Below, in pieces: positions 1 to 9,869 of a DNA stretch of 64,000 bases. The notes beneath the pieces were generated by a model. That model saw nothing but the letters and a program-made list of their open reading frames with translations. It was not told the origin of the DNA and made no database searches. Where the stretch lies: the IMG/VR virus record IMGVR_UViG_3300029893_000001, positions 62,001 through 126,000 of that record. The stretch is one strand, 5' to 3'. The position numbers and the translations under genes were made by a program. How positions within the stretch are numbered: position 1 is the stretch's first letter; each line of letters begins with the position of its first letter.

Positions 1-156
1 GCTCCGATATCTTCCCCTCGGGGATCATCTTTTTCGGGTCAGTGTACAACTTGTAGGCTACCTGGCCCTTTACGTACACTGAGCCTTCCCCACCGGAAGC
101 AAGGAAGTCATTCTTCGACAGATTCACGGCAGTGGAGCTGCCTTTGACGTAGACCT

Positions 157-471
157 TCATGTATCTCGCCCGAATATCTCGTGGAGTGCTGAGCGCACGG
201 ATTCAGCGCTGCCGTCTAGCCTGAGAACAGAAAAACCGCTCATGATTGGAGTCGTAACCCGCGACTTGTGGAAGGCAGAGGCTAATTGGCCCATGAATTC
301 CGTCTCTTCAGCCGCCTTTTCCGCTTCCTCGAAATCAGAGTAGCGTACGTCCCACGCCGCTTCCGCATCCTGAGCCATCGGGCCCGATGCTCCGCAACCC
401 AAACACACGACTCGAATGAGGGCTATCTGAAGGGCTGGTTCGATAGCCCCACAAAAGGGGCATTCTCTCAT
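157..471 (-). CDS. Lar (restriction alleviation)-like zinc-finger protein
   Basis: CPFCG...CLGCGASGP...AAW pattern; likely start is the ATG at 471. Confidence 0.6.
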   Translation of the reverse strand: MRECPFCGAIEPALQIALIRVVCLGCGASGPMAQDAEAAWDVRYSDFEEAEKAAEETEFMGQLASAFHKSRVTTPIMSGFSVLRLDGSAESVRSALHEIFGRDT

Positions 472-683
472 CGCTGTACTCGCTTCATTTTTCGGGTTGG
501 CCTGTCCCACCTCCAGAGCATTTTAGAGATGGCGTCAACTGCAACCTGTCCTACGATTTCAGCCGCCTCGCGAAGGAGTTTTTCCTCTCGAACACGCTCT
601 TCCCATTCTGCAGCACTCATCAACTCGCGCTGCTGAAGAAGAGCGTCCTCATACAGAAGTTGTCTCGCCGCTTTGAGGTCCAT
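468..683 (-). CDS. hypothetical protein
   Basis: 71 aa helical ORF with ATGA overlap to the next gene. Confidence 0.55.
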   Translation of the reverse strand: MDLKAARQLLYEDALLQQRELMSAAEWEERVREEKLLREAAEIVGQVAVDAISKMLWRWDRPTRKMKRVQR

Positions 684-1076
684 GATGACGTAGGTAGTTA
701 GTAGCTCTCTGGGTGAGGCGGTAGTTTGTTACGGCAAATTTGGTCCCGTCTTGGGACGACTTCCCGCGAGAACGCCCCCTACGAAGATAGCCATTCAGGG
801 CCAAAGATTCCATTTGATCTTTTGCTTCCCTGAACCTGAAATTATCTCGAATGAAATCGCGAGCGCCGTAGTAATCCCGAGCAACTTCAGCACAAAAAAC
901 AGGCTTGCTCCGACGTTGGATCCAGTGAAGGAGTAGCACGTCCCGCGTCTGCAGACCGGTTTCGGACCGGATGGCCTCTGCCATCGCAAAACTTCTGCTC
1001 GTGATATTCTTATGATCGCAAAACTTCTGCTCGTGATATTCTTATGCTGCCAATGTACCTTCATCGGTATTTCCAC
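649..1076 (-). pseudogene. winged-helix-like protein frameshifted by a 32-bp tandem duplication
   Basis: Removing one copy of 983-1046 joins MEIPMKVHWQHKNITSRSFA in frame to ORF 649..984 (MAEAIRSE...). Confidence 0.6.
983..1046. repeat. perfect 32-bp tandem duplication
   Basis: atcgcaaaacttctgctcgtgatattcttatg x2. Confidence 0.95.
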
Positions 1077-1309
1077 CGTCTTTTCTTGGCGCGCTTTTCT
1101 GTGCCTGGCATACCCTTCGGGATGCCCTGTGGCCCAGGCACTGGCAAGCCGTTCAACTTGGCAAAGAAAATGACAAGGCTCTCTCCGATGAGCTGACGGA
1201 TGCGCAGAGATTCGTCCATCGTAAAGACGAACGGGTCTAGCGAAGTGTGCTTGCTATGCTGCTCGACGATGCGAGCCAGCTTTTTCACATTCGCAATGGG
1301 TCTTGCCAT
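1061..1309 (-). CDS. hypothetical protein
   Basis: 82 aa ORF directly downstream of the conserved promoter-like motif. Confidence 0.6.
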   Translation of the reverse strand: MARPIANVKKLARIVEQHSKHTSLDPFVFTMDESLRIRQLIGESLVIFFAKLNGLPVPGPQGIPKGMPGTEKRAKKRRWKYR

Positions 1310-1312
1310 GAC

Positions 1313-1332
1313 TATTATCGGCTGGGTTCAGA
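1313..1332 (-). promoter_or_regulatory. conserved 20-bp motif, copy 1 (putative phage promoter)
   Basis: TCTGAACCCAGCCGATAATA, 3 nt before an ATG. Confidence 0.65.
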
Positions 1333-1615
1333 CCACTATCTCCGGCCGAAGCCACCTTGGATTCAGGGCTTCCTCGGTCCCTCGAATCTCATTAGCACAG
1401 GTATCGCAGAGGGGAGAATGCACGTCGTCGGCGCCAAAGCAATAAGGGTAGCGCTTGCGACAGCGTAGGCACACGTACGTTTTGCACGTACGCCCGTTGT
1501 CGCTCAAGTACCGTGAACAGGGTCCCCCATCGCACGGACAATATGCATCGACCGGCCAATGACGTGCTCTGGTCTTCGTGATGTGGTCAATGGCCTCTGA
1601 CGGAAGGCGCTTCAT
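1328..1615 (-). CDS. Cys-rich zinc-finger hypothetical protein
   Basis: Multiple CxxC motifs; ATGA overlap with the PP2C gene. Confidence 0.55.
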   Translation of the reverse strand: MKRLPSEAIDHITKTRARHWPVDAYCPCDGGPCSRYLSDNGRTCKTYVCLRCRKRYPYCFGADDVHSPLCDTCANEIRGTEEALNPRWLRPEIVV

Positions 1616-2472
1616 GCGTCGTCCATTGCAATGGCGGCTACAGAGAGATCGTCGTAGTGAACCCACCCCTTTTCCTGACAGGTCTTCGTCAGGAACTTTC
1701 GGACTCTACGAACAACGAATTCGCCCTTCATGTTCTTGAATTGGGTCAGCTCGTTGAGAATCGCATCAAGCGCTACTGGTGTGGCCCTTTTGCTGGTCTC
1801 ACTCGCCTCGATTCCCTGAAAGGACAACACCCCATCCGATAGAAGCATCACCAAGTCGTACTTTTTAGAGTCGAAGAACATGTGATAGGGACGAAACCAG
1901 TCTCCCTCCGTAGAGTAAAACTGGTGCGAAGACCGTAACAGAGTTCCAAATTCACCATACTCGATCCGAATAGATGCTGCACCACCTTGCGTATGTTCAA
2001 CGTACTGCAGCATTCGCGGCAAATCAATCATGTAGCTGGCGTAGGCAGGATAGCCCAGTGGGAAATCGAGGGCGTACGTGTCGAAGTATGATGCTCCGCG
2101 CCTTCGACCGACGAGAACACCGTCTCCGGCCATTTCTACGTGGACCCCACGCTTCCCTTCTAGCTCTCCTTCTACCGCAGCAATGACAGTAGCGTCAAGA
2201 CATTCGTAGGGCATATTGCACGATGACGCCATTTGCTGACCCAACGCAGCAGCCTTTACGAATGGATTTCGCTCCTTCGACTGATTCAAAGCCCATTGTG
2301 TGGCCTTTGCCATAAAGCGAGCCCCGAAGTCTGTGTCAGGACTTCCGGAACATCCGTCGGAAACGATCGCGTACGCACGGCCATCTTCAGTCACGCCCGA
2401 CAGAGCATAGTCCTGGCAAACGTGATGGCTCGCTCCGATACAAAAGTAGCTGTCGCTATGCATGTTCACCAC
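1612..2472 (-). CDS. PP2C-family protein phosphatase
   Basis: SH..CQD, VSDGCSGS, AGDG, LSDGV and DDLS motifs. Confidence 0.85.
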   Translation of the reverse strand: MVNMHSDSYFCIGASHHVCQDYALSGVTEDGRAYAIVSDGCSGSPDTDFGARFMAKATQWALNQSKERNPFVKAAALGQQMASSCNMPYECLDATVIAAVEGELEGKRGVHVEMAGDGVLVGRRRGASYFDTYALDFPLGYPAYASYMIDLPRMLQYVEHTQGGAASIRIEYGEFGTLLRSSHQFYSTEGDWFRPYHMFFDSKKYDLVMLLSDGVLSFQGIEASETSKRATPVALDAILNELTQFKNMKGEFVVRRVRKFLTKTCQEKGWVHYDDLSVAAIAMDDA

Positions 2473-3035
2473 GAGGGAATGTCTTTGGGGTCACGGTTGT
2501 CTGAGCCAATGGCCGCTATGCCTAATACAGGAAGCACTTCTATTTGGATACTCTCCAACCTAGAGAAGTACCCTCCCCATGGCACGTGAAAAGCAGACCC
2601 AAAGATGGACTGATGGGCCTTCTTGTCTTCCTTTTGCAGGGCTACTGCTACAGCATGAGCTTTCTCGGGATTGCCATATACATCAACGATATGCATGTTG
2701 CCGTAGGAGCTGTGGAACGAGTCTCCATCGCTGTAGTACCCAACGACTGCATAGATATGTGACCTGGGGACCGAGAAAGCGTCTCTAGGAACCTCAAAGG
2801 TATCGTAGTTCCATGGGCTCCACGGATCTCCACCTACCACCGCTCCCTTGAAGGTAGTCGTGGTATGTTCAGGGGCACGGCTAGCGTACGGCTCGTTCGA
2901 GAGGGCCTCTCCGCCCGTAGTTACTTGCGAGTAAAGCACGTGAACAGAAATCGTGTCCTTGGGAGGAGGCTCAGGCTTATTTGGCCTCTTCTTCCGAGCG
3001 CTTGTCTTCTTCGTGGTCTTCTTTTTTGCGGGCAC
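2466..3035 (-). CDS. hypothetical protein with basic N-terminus
   Basis: 189 aa ORF within the minus-strand gene run. Confidence 0.6.
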   Translation of the reverse strand: MPAKKKTTKKTSARKKRPNKPEPPPKDTISVHVLYSQVTTGGEALSNEPYASRAPEHTTTTFKGAVVGGDPWSPWNYDTFEVPRDAFSVPRSHIYAVVGYYSDGDSFHSSYGNMHIVDVYGNPEKAHAVAVALQKEDKKAHQSIFGSAFHVPWGGYFSRLESIQIEVLPVLGIAAIGSDNRDPKDIPSW

Positions 3036-3483
3036 AGCCAGACACCCATTCCTCCCAGAATTCAGTTCCGGGTCCCTTTTGCTTTACGAGAAGCAATACC
3101 TGCGCACACTGTTCCTCGGTCATCAAGAACATGTGCGTCTTCTCGCCGGGAAGACCCATGACGTGGCTCAACCAACGATAGGCATTCTTCCGGGAGCAGT
3201 GTTTCTTTTTCCAGATAACATCGAACGCTTCGTGTGCGGCGTTTCTGGCACGCTGCAAGGTCTTTTTGCGCGGCTCTCCTCTGGGCGAGCCGTCGTCCTT
3301 AGCAGGAAGCGATCCTTCACAGACAGGAAACCTAGAACAGCTATAGAAAAATCGCTGGACCTTCTGAGACCATCTAAGCTGAAGGACTCCGATGCAGCCG
3401 TCCTCGGCACATCGGAGTCCTTCAACCCTTCCAGGAGCCTTACTAATCCGGCGATATTCTTCAGCGCCGTACCAGCGAGTCAC
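2977..3483 (-). CDS. DUF3268-like zinc-binding protein
   Basis: Zn ribbon plus RNAAHEAFDVIW..SR..AYRWLS..MGL...H. Confidence 0.65.
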   Translation of the reverse strand: MTRWYGAEEYRRISKAPGRVEGLRCAEDGCIGVLQLRWSQKVQRFFYSCSRFPVCEGSLPAKDDGSPRGEPRKKTLQRARNAAHEAFDVIWKKKHCSRKNAYRWLSHVMGLPGEKTHMFLMTEEQCAQVLLLVKQKGPGTEFWEEWVSGCARKKEDHEEDKRSEEEAK

Positions 3484-3965
3484 GCTGCCACAGAGGCCTT
3501 TCGCAGGCCGGCAATCTGCTTTGCCTTCATTTCTCGACGAGCCGCCCGCTTGGCCTTCCGCTTTGCCTTCTGGATCTGCCTGATTTCTCCGACTGCGTTG
3601 CGAGCAAGCTCTGCCACCGAACTGGGGCTGTCTGCAAGCTTCTTCAGCTCACTGAAAGCGATGCGCGCCACAGAGTTCTTCTCAAGGGCGAGAAACGTCA
3701 AGGCCGCGACGAACGGGTGGTCCTTCTCAGGAACAAATTCCACGTTCTTTCCCTTGCCGCTCTCCACGCGACCATGAGCGATCGTGGCTCCGAGCTTACG
3801 CTGGAATCGATCCCCCATCCTCGGAAGACGGCGAAGACGGACAGGAGGCGTGGCATTCACCGCGTACGCAAAGGTAAGCTGGTTGCCGTCCACCTTCGTG
3901 ACCAGGGTCACGACGCGGTCTTCGTTCTTCGGGTCACGGATATAGCGTGTCTTCCATGTCGTCAT
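3480..3965 (-). CDS. hypothetical protein
   Basis: 161 aa, GGAGGA-type RBS, biased codons. Confidence 0.65.
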   Translation of the reverse strand: MTTWKTRYIRDPKNEDRVVTLVTKVDGNQLTFAYAVNATPPVRLRRLPRMGDRFQRKLGATIAHGRVESGKGKNVEFVPEKDHPFVAALTFLALEKNSVARIAFSELKKLADSPSSVAELARNAVGEIRQIQKAKRKAKRAARREMKAKQIAGLRKASVAA

Positions 3966-3967
3966 CG

Positions 3968-4309
3968 TCAGTCTTCCTCTTGATTCGTGGATCGTTTGCT
4001 GGAGTCCAAAATGTCAATTCCAAGTATGCCTTCCCATCTACGGACGCGCATCGCCGTTTTGTAGTCGATGGGAATGCCTTCGATAGAGTTGGCAGAGCTT
4101 CCTACAGGGGAGCCTGGTTTGTACCACCCAAACTTCTTCTCCTCGGGCGTAAGCTCCCTCTCATCGTCAAACGGGCCTATTTCTGAGGCCCGACAATTCT
4201 CGCAGTAAAATGGCCCGCACTGGACAAAACCCACCCCAACGTCTGCCCAGTCTGCGTAACATACTTCGCCACAGTAGGGACAAGTGGTTGTTTGATCGTG
4301 CAGACCCAT
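3968..4309 (-). CDS. zinc-finger hypothetical protein
   Basis: CPYC...CENC motifs. Confidence 0.6.
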   Translation of the reverse strand: MGLHDQTTTCPYCGEVCYADWADVGVGFVQCGPFYCENCRASEIGPFDDERELTPEEKKFGWYKPGSPVGSSANSIEGIPIDYKTAMRVRRWEGILGIDILDSSKRSTNQEED

Positions 4310-4313
4310 CAGG

Positions 4314-4865
4314 TCACCTTTCAGCGGGCGCAACGATGCGGAGTTTGCGGAAATCCTCCCAACCGTGCACTACCCAATCATCGTCATCTTTCTTCTTCCG
4401 AAGAAGGAGAGCGCTGCCCGTTGAGGGTTCTCCGCCGTGAGAGACCTTTCCGACCCGAAAGACCTCCTCCCCTTCGCCGACGCAGACAACTAGGTCATCT
4501 ACGAAGTAATCACGCCGCTCTGTCGCGTCTCGGTTGGCTTCCTTAAGAGCAGATAGCGTGGTCATTCCCTTTGCCCAAGCAACACCCTGAATGAAGCCGA
4601 GCCACCGCTGTGCCTTATCCAACTGACCGTCCGCAGCGAGCTTCTTCGTCTCCTCGAACATCCAAACAAGGTGCTTGAGAAGAGCTGTATTCGACACAGG
4701 CGACCCGTCCATTTCTACATCTGGGTCGACTCGTTCAGGCTGAACAAACTTTTGGACAGCTCTGTATGGCTGTCCAACCGGGTGTACCGAGGATTCGAAA
4801 ACCCACTTGATTTCATCGAACGTCTTGTCCAAAGACGTCCAAATTCGTGCCACATCCCAAGACAT
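4314..4865 (-). CDS. hypothetical protein
   Basis: 183 aa containing KAQRWLGFIQG. Confidence 0.6.
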   Translation of the reverse strand: MSWDVARIWTSLDKTFDEIKWVFESSVHPVGQPYRAVQKFVQPERVDPDVEMDGSPVSNTALLKHLVWMFEETKKLAADGQLDKAQRWLGFIQGVAWAKGMTTLSALKEANRDATERRDYFVDDLVVCVGEGEEVFRVGKVSHGGEPSTGSALLLRKKKDDDDWVVHGWEDFRKLRIVAPAER

Positions 4866-5056
4866 TATACACCCCTGTCTTCGCGCTTGATTGCTTCAGC
4901 GAATAGCTCTAAGCGTTTCTTTGCGTAGGCCTCGACGTGGGGGTCGGTTTCCCGGAGGCGGGCGGTAATCCAATCCGCAGCATCATACATCCCGTGTTCA
5001 TTCGCCAGTTTCACGAGATCGCGGATCTGGTCCGTAAGACTATCCTGGCGAGGCAT

Positions 5057-5434
5057 TTAGCCCTCCCAATAGACGGTGGACAACGTTCCCTGCTCTGGAA
5101 GATCCCCAAGTGCCAAGAGAATGTCGTTACCATCGATATCAATTCCAAGCTCCACGGGGACGTTTAGTTCGGAACTGGATAGTTCATCCATCCGAGAGGC
5201 GTCCCGTTGGTTGAAGATCTCAACAACGCAGTGGAGAATTCTTTTGAGAACCGGCGTCTCAGGATGAAATCTATTCAGTTCCGAAAACGGAATCCTCAGA
5301 TCTTGGTCCCCCATCAACCTGATGAGGGTCCCGATAGCTTGAAGCTCCGAGCCTGCACTCTCATCAATCTCTCGGTTGAGCTTCAGCCTGAAGCCGGTTC
5401 TTGTAAGTCTCTTGCCCATATCACCACAGAACAA
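5057..5434 (-). CDS. hypothetical protein
   Basis: 125 aa ORF within gene run. Confidence 0.55.
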   Translation of the reverse strand: MFCGDMGKRLTRTGFRLKLNREIDESAGSELQAIGTLIRLMGDQDLRIPFSELNRFHPETPVLKRILHCVVEIFNQRDASRMDELSSSELNVPVELGIDIDGNDILLALGDLPEQGTLSTVYWEG

Positions 5435-5719
5435 CTAATACGTTGGAGACAAGATGATCGCTTTGCGTCCATCCTCGATGAGGTCTTCCTCGTCGTATCC
5501 CTCTTCCTCCAACTCTGGAGTTAGTTCAGAATACCCGACCTCGCCGTACCAAGTCGTTTCGGCTCGATAGACCCCAGACCAAAATCCAGCAAGTGGTGTG
5601 TAGTCGTTCCCCTCGCCGTCCTTTGCCATAACGACGATGGCATCGGGGTCACATGTTTTCAGTTGCTCAATGAGCTGAGCAACCGTCATGGTATGCTCAT
5701 ACAGATCTTTGTCTGTCAC
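5435..5719 (-). CDS. hypothetical acidic protein
   Basis: MTV..LIEQL...DPDA.VV N-terminus typical of small phage proteins. Confidence 0.6.
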   Translation of the reverse strand: MTDKDLYEHTMTVAQLIEQLKTCDPDAIVVMAKDGEGNDYTPLAGFWSGVYRAETTWYGEVGYSELTPELEEEGYDEEDLIEDGRKAIILSPTY

Positions 5720-6678
5720 TTACCAGCTCCCAAGTATGCTTCCACCACATCTCGGACTCGCATCCAGTCCAAGCCACTGCCGAATTCACGATCCGAACCA
5801 CCAATGATGTCGGACCCATTCCAACTGACCTCCCGCTCGACAAGACGACGAGTGTCGTCCTCTATGAAAGCAGGAGGCTCTGCCTTGGACAACTCACGAT
5901 AGAGTTCTGGCACAGGAAAATCGATGTACCTAGAACGCCTTCCTATCGTGTATACGTAGCGACCGTCTGGACGCTGAGCTACGACACTAATGTAGCCGTC
6001 GAGTAGCCCCTGAGAAAACAGGGTGTACCGAGCCTCGTTACCCCCAATCTCGTTTACGATCTTGAACCGAGGCGAAGCATGCAGGATCTCGTATCGAGAA
6101 TCGAGGGACTTCTCTCCTGCCTGCCCAAGCAGAGCCGCATTCAGGTTCTCCATAACTGCCTGAATGCAGTTTCGAATAACCGTCTCGTCGGCGCGGGCAA
6201 GTGCACCTGACTTTCGAAGGTCAGTATACGGGCTGAAGATCCAACAATGCTGGCGGACGAGTGAGTCGTCAAGACTCATTGGATACGCCCCACCTGTAAT
6301 GTCCCAACGATCGTTTAGGGCCAACAGGCGACTAATAACAGGGTGGCTCTGTACTCCCGAAAACTGTTTGTGGTGCATCAGCAACCAAACAGCAAGGGCG
6401 GTATCTTGATCGGCGTCGTTGACATAAATGAAGCAACGATTGCCCATCCTATCCATGAGCCCGCCTTTGATAGCGAACATCACCTGCATAGCAGTGGACA
6501 TTGTCGCTTCACGAACGACGCCCTCATGATGATCAAAATTGACGTGAAGGGTCTTTTCGTCCCAAGCAGGCCCGCCGCGAACAACCCCGTCCAGCGCAAT
6601 AGAGCGTTGAGGAGTTAGGAGAACAAACTCCTCCCACGTAATCGACTGGCGAGGAAGAACTCTAATCTCGATACTCAT
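5716..6678 (-). CDS. DHH-like phosphoesterase
   Basis: IALDG, NFDHH and NDADQD motifs; start probably 6678. Confidence 0.55.
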   Translation of the reverse strand: MSIEIRVLPRQSITWEEFVLLTPQRSIALDGVVRGGPAWDEKTLHVNFDHHEGVVREATMSTAMQVMFAIKGGLMDRMGNRCFIYVNDADQDTALAVWLLMHHKQFSGVQSHPVISRLLALNDRWDITGGAYPMSLDDSLVRQHCWIFSPYTDLRKSGALARADETVIRNCIQAVMENLNAALLGQAGEKSLDSRYEILHASPRFKIVNEIGGNEARYTLFSQGLLDGYISVVAQRPDGRYVYTIGRRSRYIDFPVPELYRELSKAEPPAFIEDDTRRLVEREVSWNGSDIIGGSDREFGSGLDWMRVRDVVEAYLGAGK

Positions 6679-6700
6679 CGATATACCGCTTTCCTGAAGG

Positions 6701-7114
6701 TCAGGAGCCAGCGTTCTCGTGCTGCTCCAGCCAAGTAAGCAAAGCGTTGTTGGGGACGCCAACAGCTTGGATTTCCTGGCTGGATTCTCCTGTATCCTCG
6801 AAGTACCAGCCCTTCCCACCGTTGGCCACTGGCGTGTCGAACTTTACAGGACGTCCGGTCTTACGATCGACGACCCCCAGACGCTCCACGAGCTGAATCC
6901 CTGAGGGGCAGTCGACTCCTGTGTCCTCTACAGCTCTCACTGTTCCGTGAGGTGGACCCTTATCCCAATGATACTCAGTGAACAGGGTCTTGTATCCCCA
7001 CTCATACTGGATACCAATGAATCCGCTGGTGCCATTAAAGACAGCAACGTTGAAGTTCCGCGCTCGGACTCGGTAGAGGCGACCCTTCTTGCAGTCAACT
7101 AGAGATAAACTCAT
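6701..7114 (-). CDS. hypothetical protein
   Basis: ORF within gene run. Confidence 0.55.
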   Translation of the reverse strand: MSLSLVDCKKGRLYRVRARNFNVAVFNGTSGFIGIQYEWGYKTLFTEYHWDKGPPHGTVRAVEDTGVDCPSGIQLVERLGVVDRKTGRPVKFDTPVANGGKGWYFEDTGESSQEIQAVGVPNNALLTWLEQHENAGS

Positions 7115-7501
7115 GTTTGTTACTGTTGGCTGGAAATTCTGACAATCCAATCCTGTGAAAGAATGCAGTCACCCAACGTCCGCCATTTACACGAACGCAT
7201 TCTTCTTTGGCCTTCTTAACGGCCAATCGCCGAGTGCGACTAGCAACAAAAACAGGCTGACCGTCGCTGCGGTTGGAGGCATTCTCCAGCAAAACGAAGT
7301 AGTATTTCATCCGTTCTCTCTTGCCTCAAACCAGGCATGGAAGTGCTTTACCCACTCGGCTCTGTCCTGCTTGTCGGGCAGACGACCCGTGTCCTGTCCT
7401 TGACGGACCTGCTTTCGCCAGTCCATGACGTTCTGCAGTAGGTCCATGAATGCTTCGTCAGCAGTCATTTTAGGATTTTCAACCGGATTGCTCATAACTC
7501 C

Positions 7502-7780
7502 TCACGAGATTGGTTGGTCTTGATACCTACCAACGCAGTCGTTACAGATTCGCGCCCTAACGACACGCGGACCTTTCCACCAGCGGCCAATCTTCGAACA
7601 CTTTCGGCATGCAGGTTTCCCGCACGAATAACCAGGTTTCCCGCACGAATAACAGGTCGTTCTCGTGGAGCCCTCGCCTTCCGCCCATCCGCCTCCTGTA
7701 ATGCCGAATCCCGCAGGTGCTTCACAATCATTAGCCTGTAGGCTTACTTCACAAGCTCTACGCGCTCTTCTTTGCGTCAT
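7502..7780 (-). CDS. zinc-finger protein with internal 7-aa duplication
   Basis: CYSCGKP/GYSCGKP/ACRKC...ICNDC. Confidence 0.5.
   Translation of the reverse strand: MTQRRARRACEVSLQANDCEAPAGFGITGGGWAEGEGSTRTTCYSCGKPGYSCGKPACRKCSKIGRWWKGPRVVRARICNDCVGRYQDQPIS
7612..7653. repeat. perfect 21-bp tandem duplication
   Basis: caggtttcccgcacgaataac x2. Confidence 0.95.
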
Positions 7781-8420
7781 CGCTTGTCGCCTGAGATAGC
7801 TTAGGAAATGCAGCATGGAGCTTTTCTGCCGTTGGCCCATCTCCCTCAAACAATGCTGCGTATGCTTTCTGGTCGATGTTTTTGGGCTGAAGTGCCTCAA
7901 TCACCTGAGATAGAGCGCGAGCAAGCTCGGCGATGTCCGGCTGATTCTTCTCTTGAGTCATTTACGCTCCAAAAAGCATCTGTTTGGTATACTGCAAAGC
8001 TTCCTTGGTGAAGTGAGCCGCTTCTTCCGCAAGCTGTTTGGCTCTGTCGGCGTCACCACGGAGCACGGCGGCAAGCTGTTGATGAAAACGAACCCGAGCC
8101 TCTGCTATCGCTTCTTGCTTCTTGCGCTCGAATCATTAATCCAATTCGACGTAGTTCGTCATCGTCTACTGGAGCAGATTCCATGACTGGATTTTTACAC
8201 CACTACCGGCCTTGGTCAATCTCAAGGCCAAGAATGCGAATCCAGCGGCCACGAGCGTCATGCCCCCAATCTAACGCCCACTTGTCCGTGGGAACCGACG
8301 GCGCCCGACGATGGGGTGGATAAGCCCGGAGAAAGTCTTCTGGAGCCCACCAACAAATGTTGACGGGAATCCATGGGTTGCGATAGGCAATCCAAATTGT
8401 GGGGTGCATAAACCTTAAAC

Positions 8421-8456
8421 GTAAAACGGGCAGAGGGTTTCCTCTGCCCGTTTTAC
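8421..8456. terminator. bidirectional intrinsic terminator
   Basis: GTAAAACGGGCAGAGG-GTTT-CCTCTGCCCGTTTTAC. Confidence 0.8.
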
Positions 8457-8473
8457 TATCGCCAGGGTTCAGC
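8454..8473 (-). promoter_or_regulatory. conserved 20-bp motif, copy 2
   Basis: GCTGAACCCTGGCGATAGTA. Confidence 0.65.
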
Positions 8474-8475
8474 GT

Positions 8476-9222
8476 TCAGAAGCTGAGGCTCTGCGAGGGA
8501 CCGCCGGTCCCGAGGGCCTGCGACTGAGCGCTGATGCTCTTCGAAACGAACTCAGCGAGCTTGGCTAGCGTCTTCGCATCAGCCCGGTCGAGTTCGATGT
8601 ACTGAGTAAAACCGGCCTCACTCTCGAAGGCCTTCAGGTAGCTGCTGATCGTCGGGTCGTTGATGTTCACACCGATGAGAATGGAGACGATGCTCTCCAG
8701 CGACTCACTCTGAACGGCATCCTTCAGAGCCTGAGCCACCGAATGCGGGGTGAACGTAGACCGGTTATCCATCCCGTCCGTGATCACGAACAGGATTGCG
8801 TTGACGGAGAAATCATTCTCCGAGAGGCTTCGACCGTACTGAGAGATCGACTGCGCCAGATTGCACGAGGCATCGTAGAGGGCAGTCATGCCCATCGGAT
8901 GCACAGCCCTCGCGTAGTCATCCACATTGCACTCGGTGAGCGGCTTGAAGCCGTGCACCTCCGAGAGATCGCTGTGGAACGCCAAGAGGCGCATCATCAG
9001 GTTGTCAGCCCTTGGCGAGTGCCGGCAGGCCTTGACGATCTCCTGGATCGTCTTGTTGATCTCAGATTCGAACGTCTGCACCGAAGACGACGCATCGACG
9101 GCAATGCCGACGAGAGTGTACTCCGAAGCACCCAAATCCTCGACGCGAGTCGCCGAGAATCCGTAGTTCGAACCCTTGATCGAGTGGTTTTCGAGATCGT
9201 TGTCGTCACCGAGAAGCGGCAT
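8476..9222 (-). CDS. vWA domain protein (TerY-like)
   Basis: MIDAS-type DASSSV, GMTALYDA, VITDG. Confidence 0.85.
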   Translation of the reverse strand: MPLLGDDNDLENHSIKGSNYGFSATRVEDLGASEYTLVGIAVDASSSVQTFESEINKTIQEIVKACRHSPRADNLMMRLLAFHSDLSEVHGFKPLTECNVDDYARAVHPMGMTALYDASCNLAQSISQYGRSLSENDFSVNAILFVITDGMDNRSTFTPHSVAQALKDAVQSESLESIVSILIGVNINDPTISSYLKAFESEAGFTQYIELDRADAKTLAKLAEFVSKSISAQSQALGTGGPSQSLSF

Positions 9223-9307
9223 TCTTTTTCTCCTGAGATTGAACGTTAAAAGCAACCGAATGACTTTCGGTCACAACACTTTACCTGCGGTTTCCTGGGA
9301 GTGGCCT

Positions 9308-9565
9308 TCACGCCATTCTAGGCGCGGGCTTCTTCTTTTTCTTCTTCGCCGGGGGCTTTTTCGCGGCGGGCTTCAGAGCTTTCTTCAGAGCTTTAGTGGG
9401 TACTTCAGTACTCCACTGTAAGTGGTTTTTTACATCGCCTCCCCGGTCACCGATCCAGGACCTGCGAACCTCTATCTTGGTCATCTCTGGGCCAGACTTG
9501 ATTACTAGCCACTCGCCGTCCTTTTTGTCGCCGTAGACCTGTATCTCAGTGATGACTTCCATCAT
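9308..9565 (-). CDS. hypothetical protein with Lys-rich tail
   Basis: 85 aa with RBS. Confidence 0.55.
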   Translation of the reverse strand: MMEVITEIQVYGDKKDGEWLVIKSGPEMTKIEVRRSWIGDRGGDVKNHLQWSTEVPTKALKKALKPAAKKPPAKKKKKKPAPRMA

Positions 9566-9869
9566 CCCCTCTTTTCGAAGAGTTGTTTTTCCACTCCGAG
9601 ATGCTTGGCTACCGCTCTAATTGCTTCGGAGTACCCGTCGCAAAAAGCCCTCTGTTCGGCCTTGTCTTCCGGGTCTAGGAACCGGCATAGTCCATCTTCT
9701 CTCGTAGCCAATCTACAGAAATGGACGCTTGAGGAGATGAGGAAGACATCGAAATGACCAAGTCGGATCCGGAAGTGATCTTCTGGAATTGCTCTTCACT
9801 GACTTCGAGTTCCACCTGTCCGTAGTAAGGAGAACGGACCATCACCAGTCTCTTAGGCTTATCGCTCAT

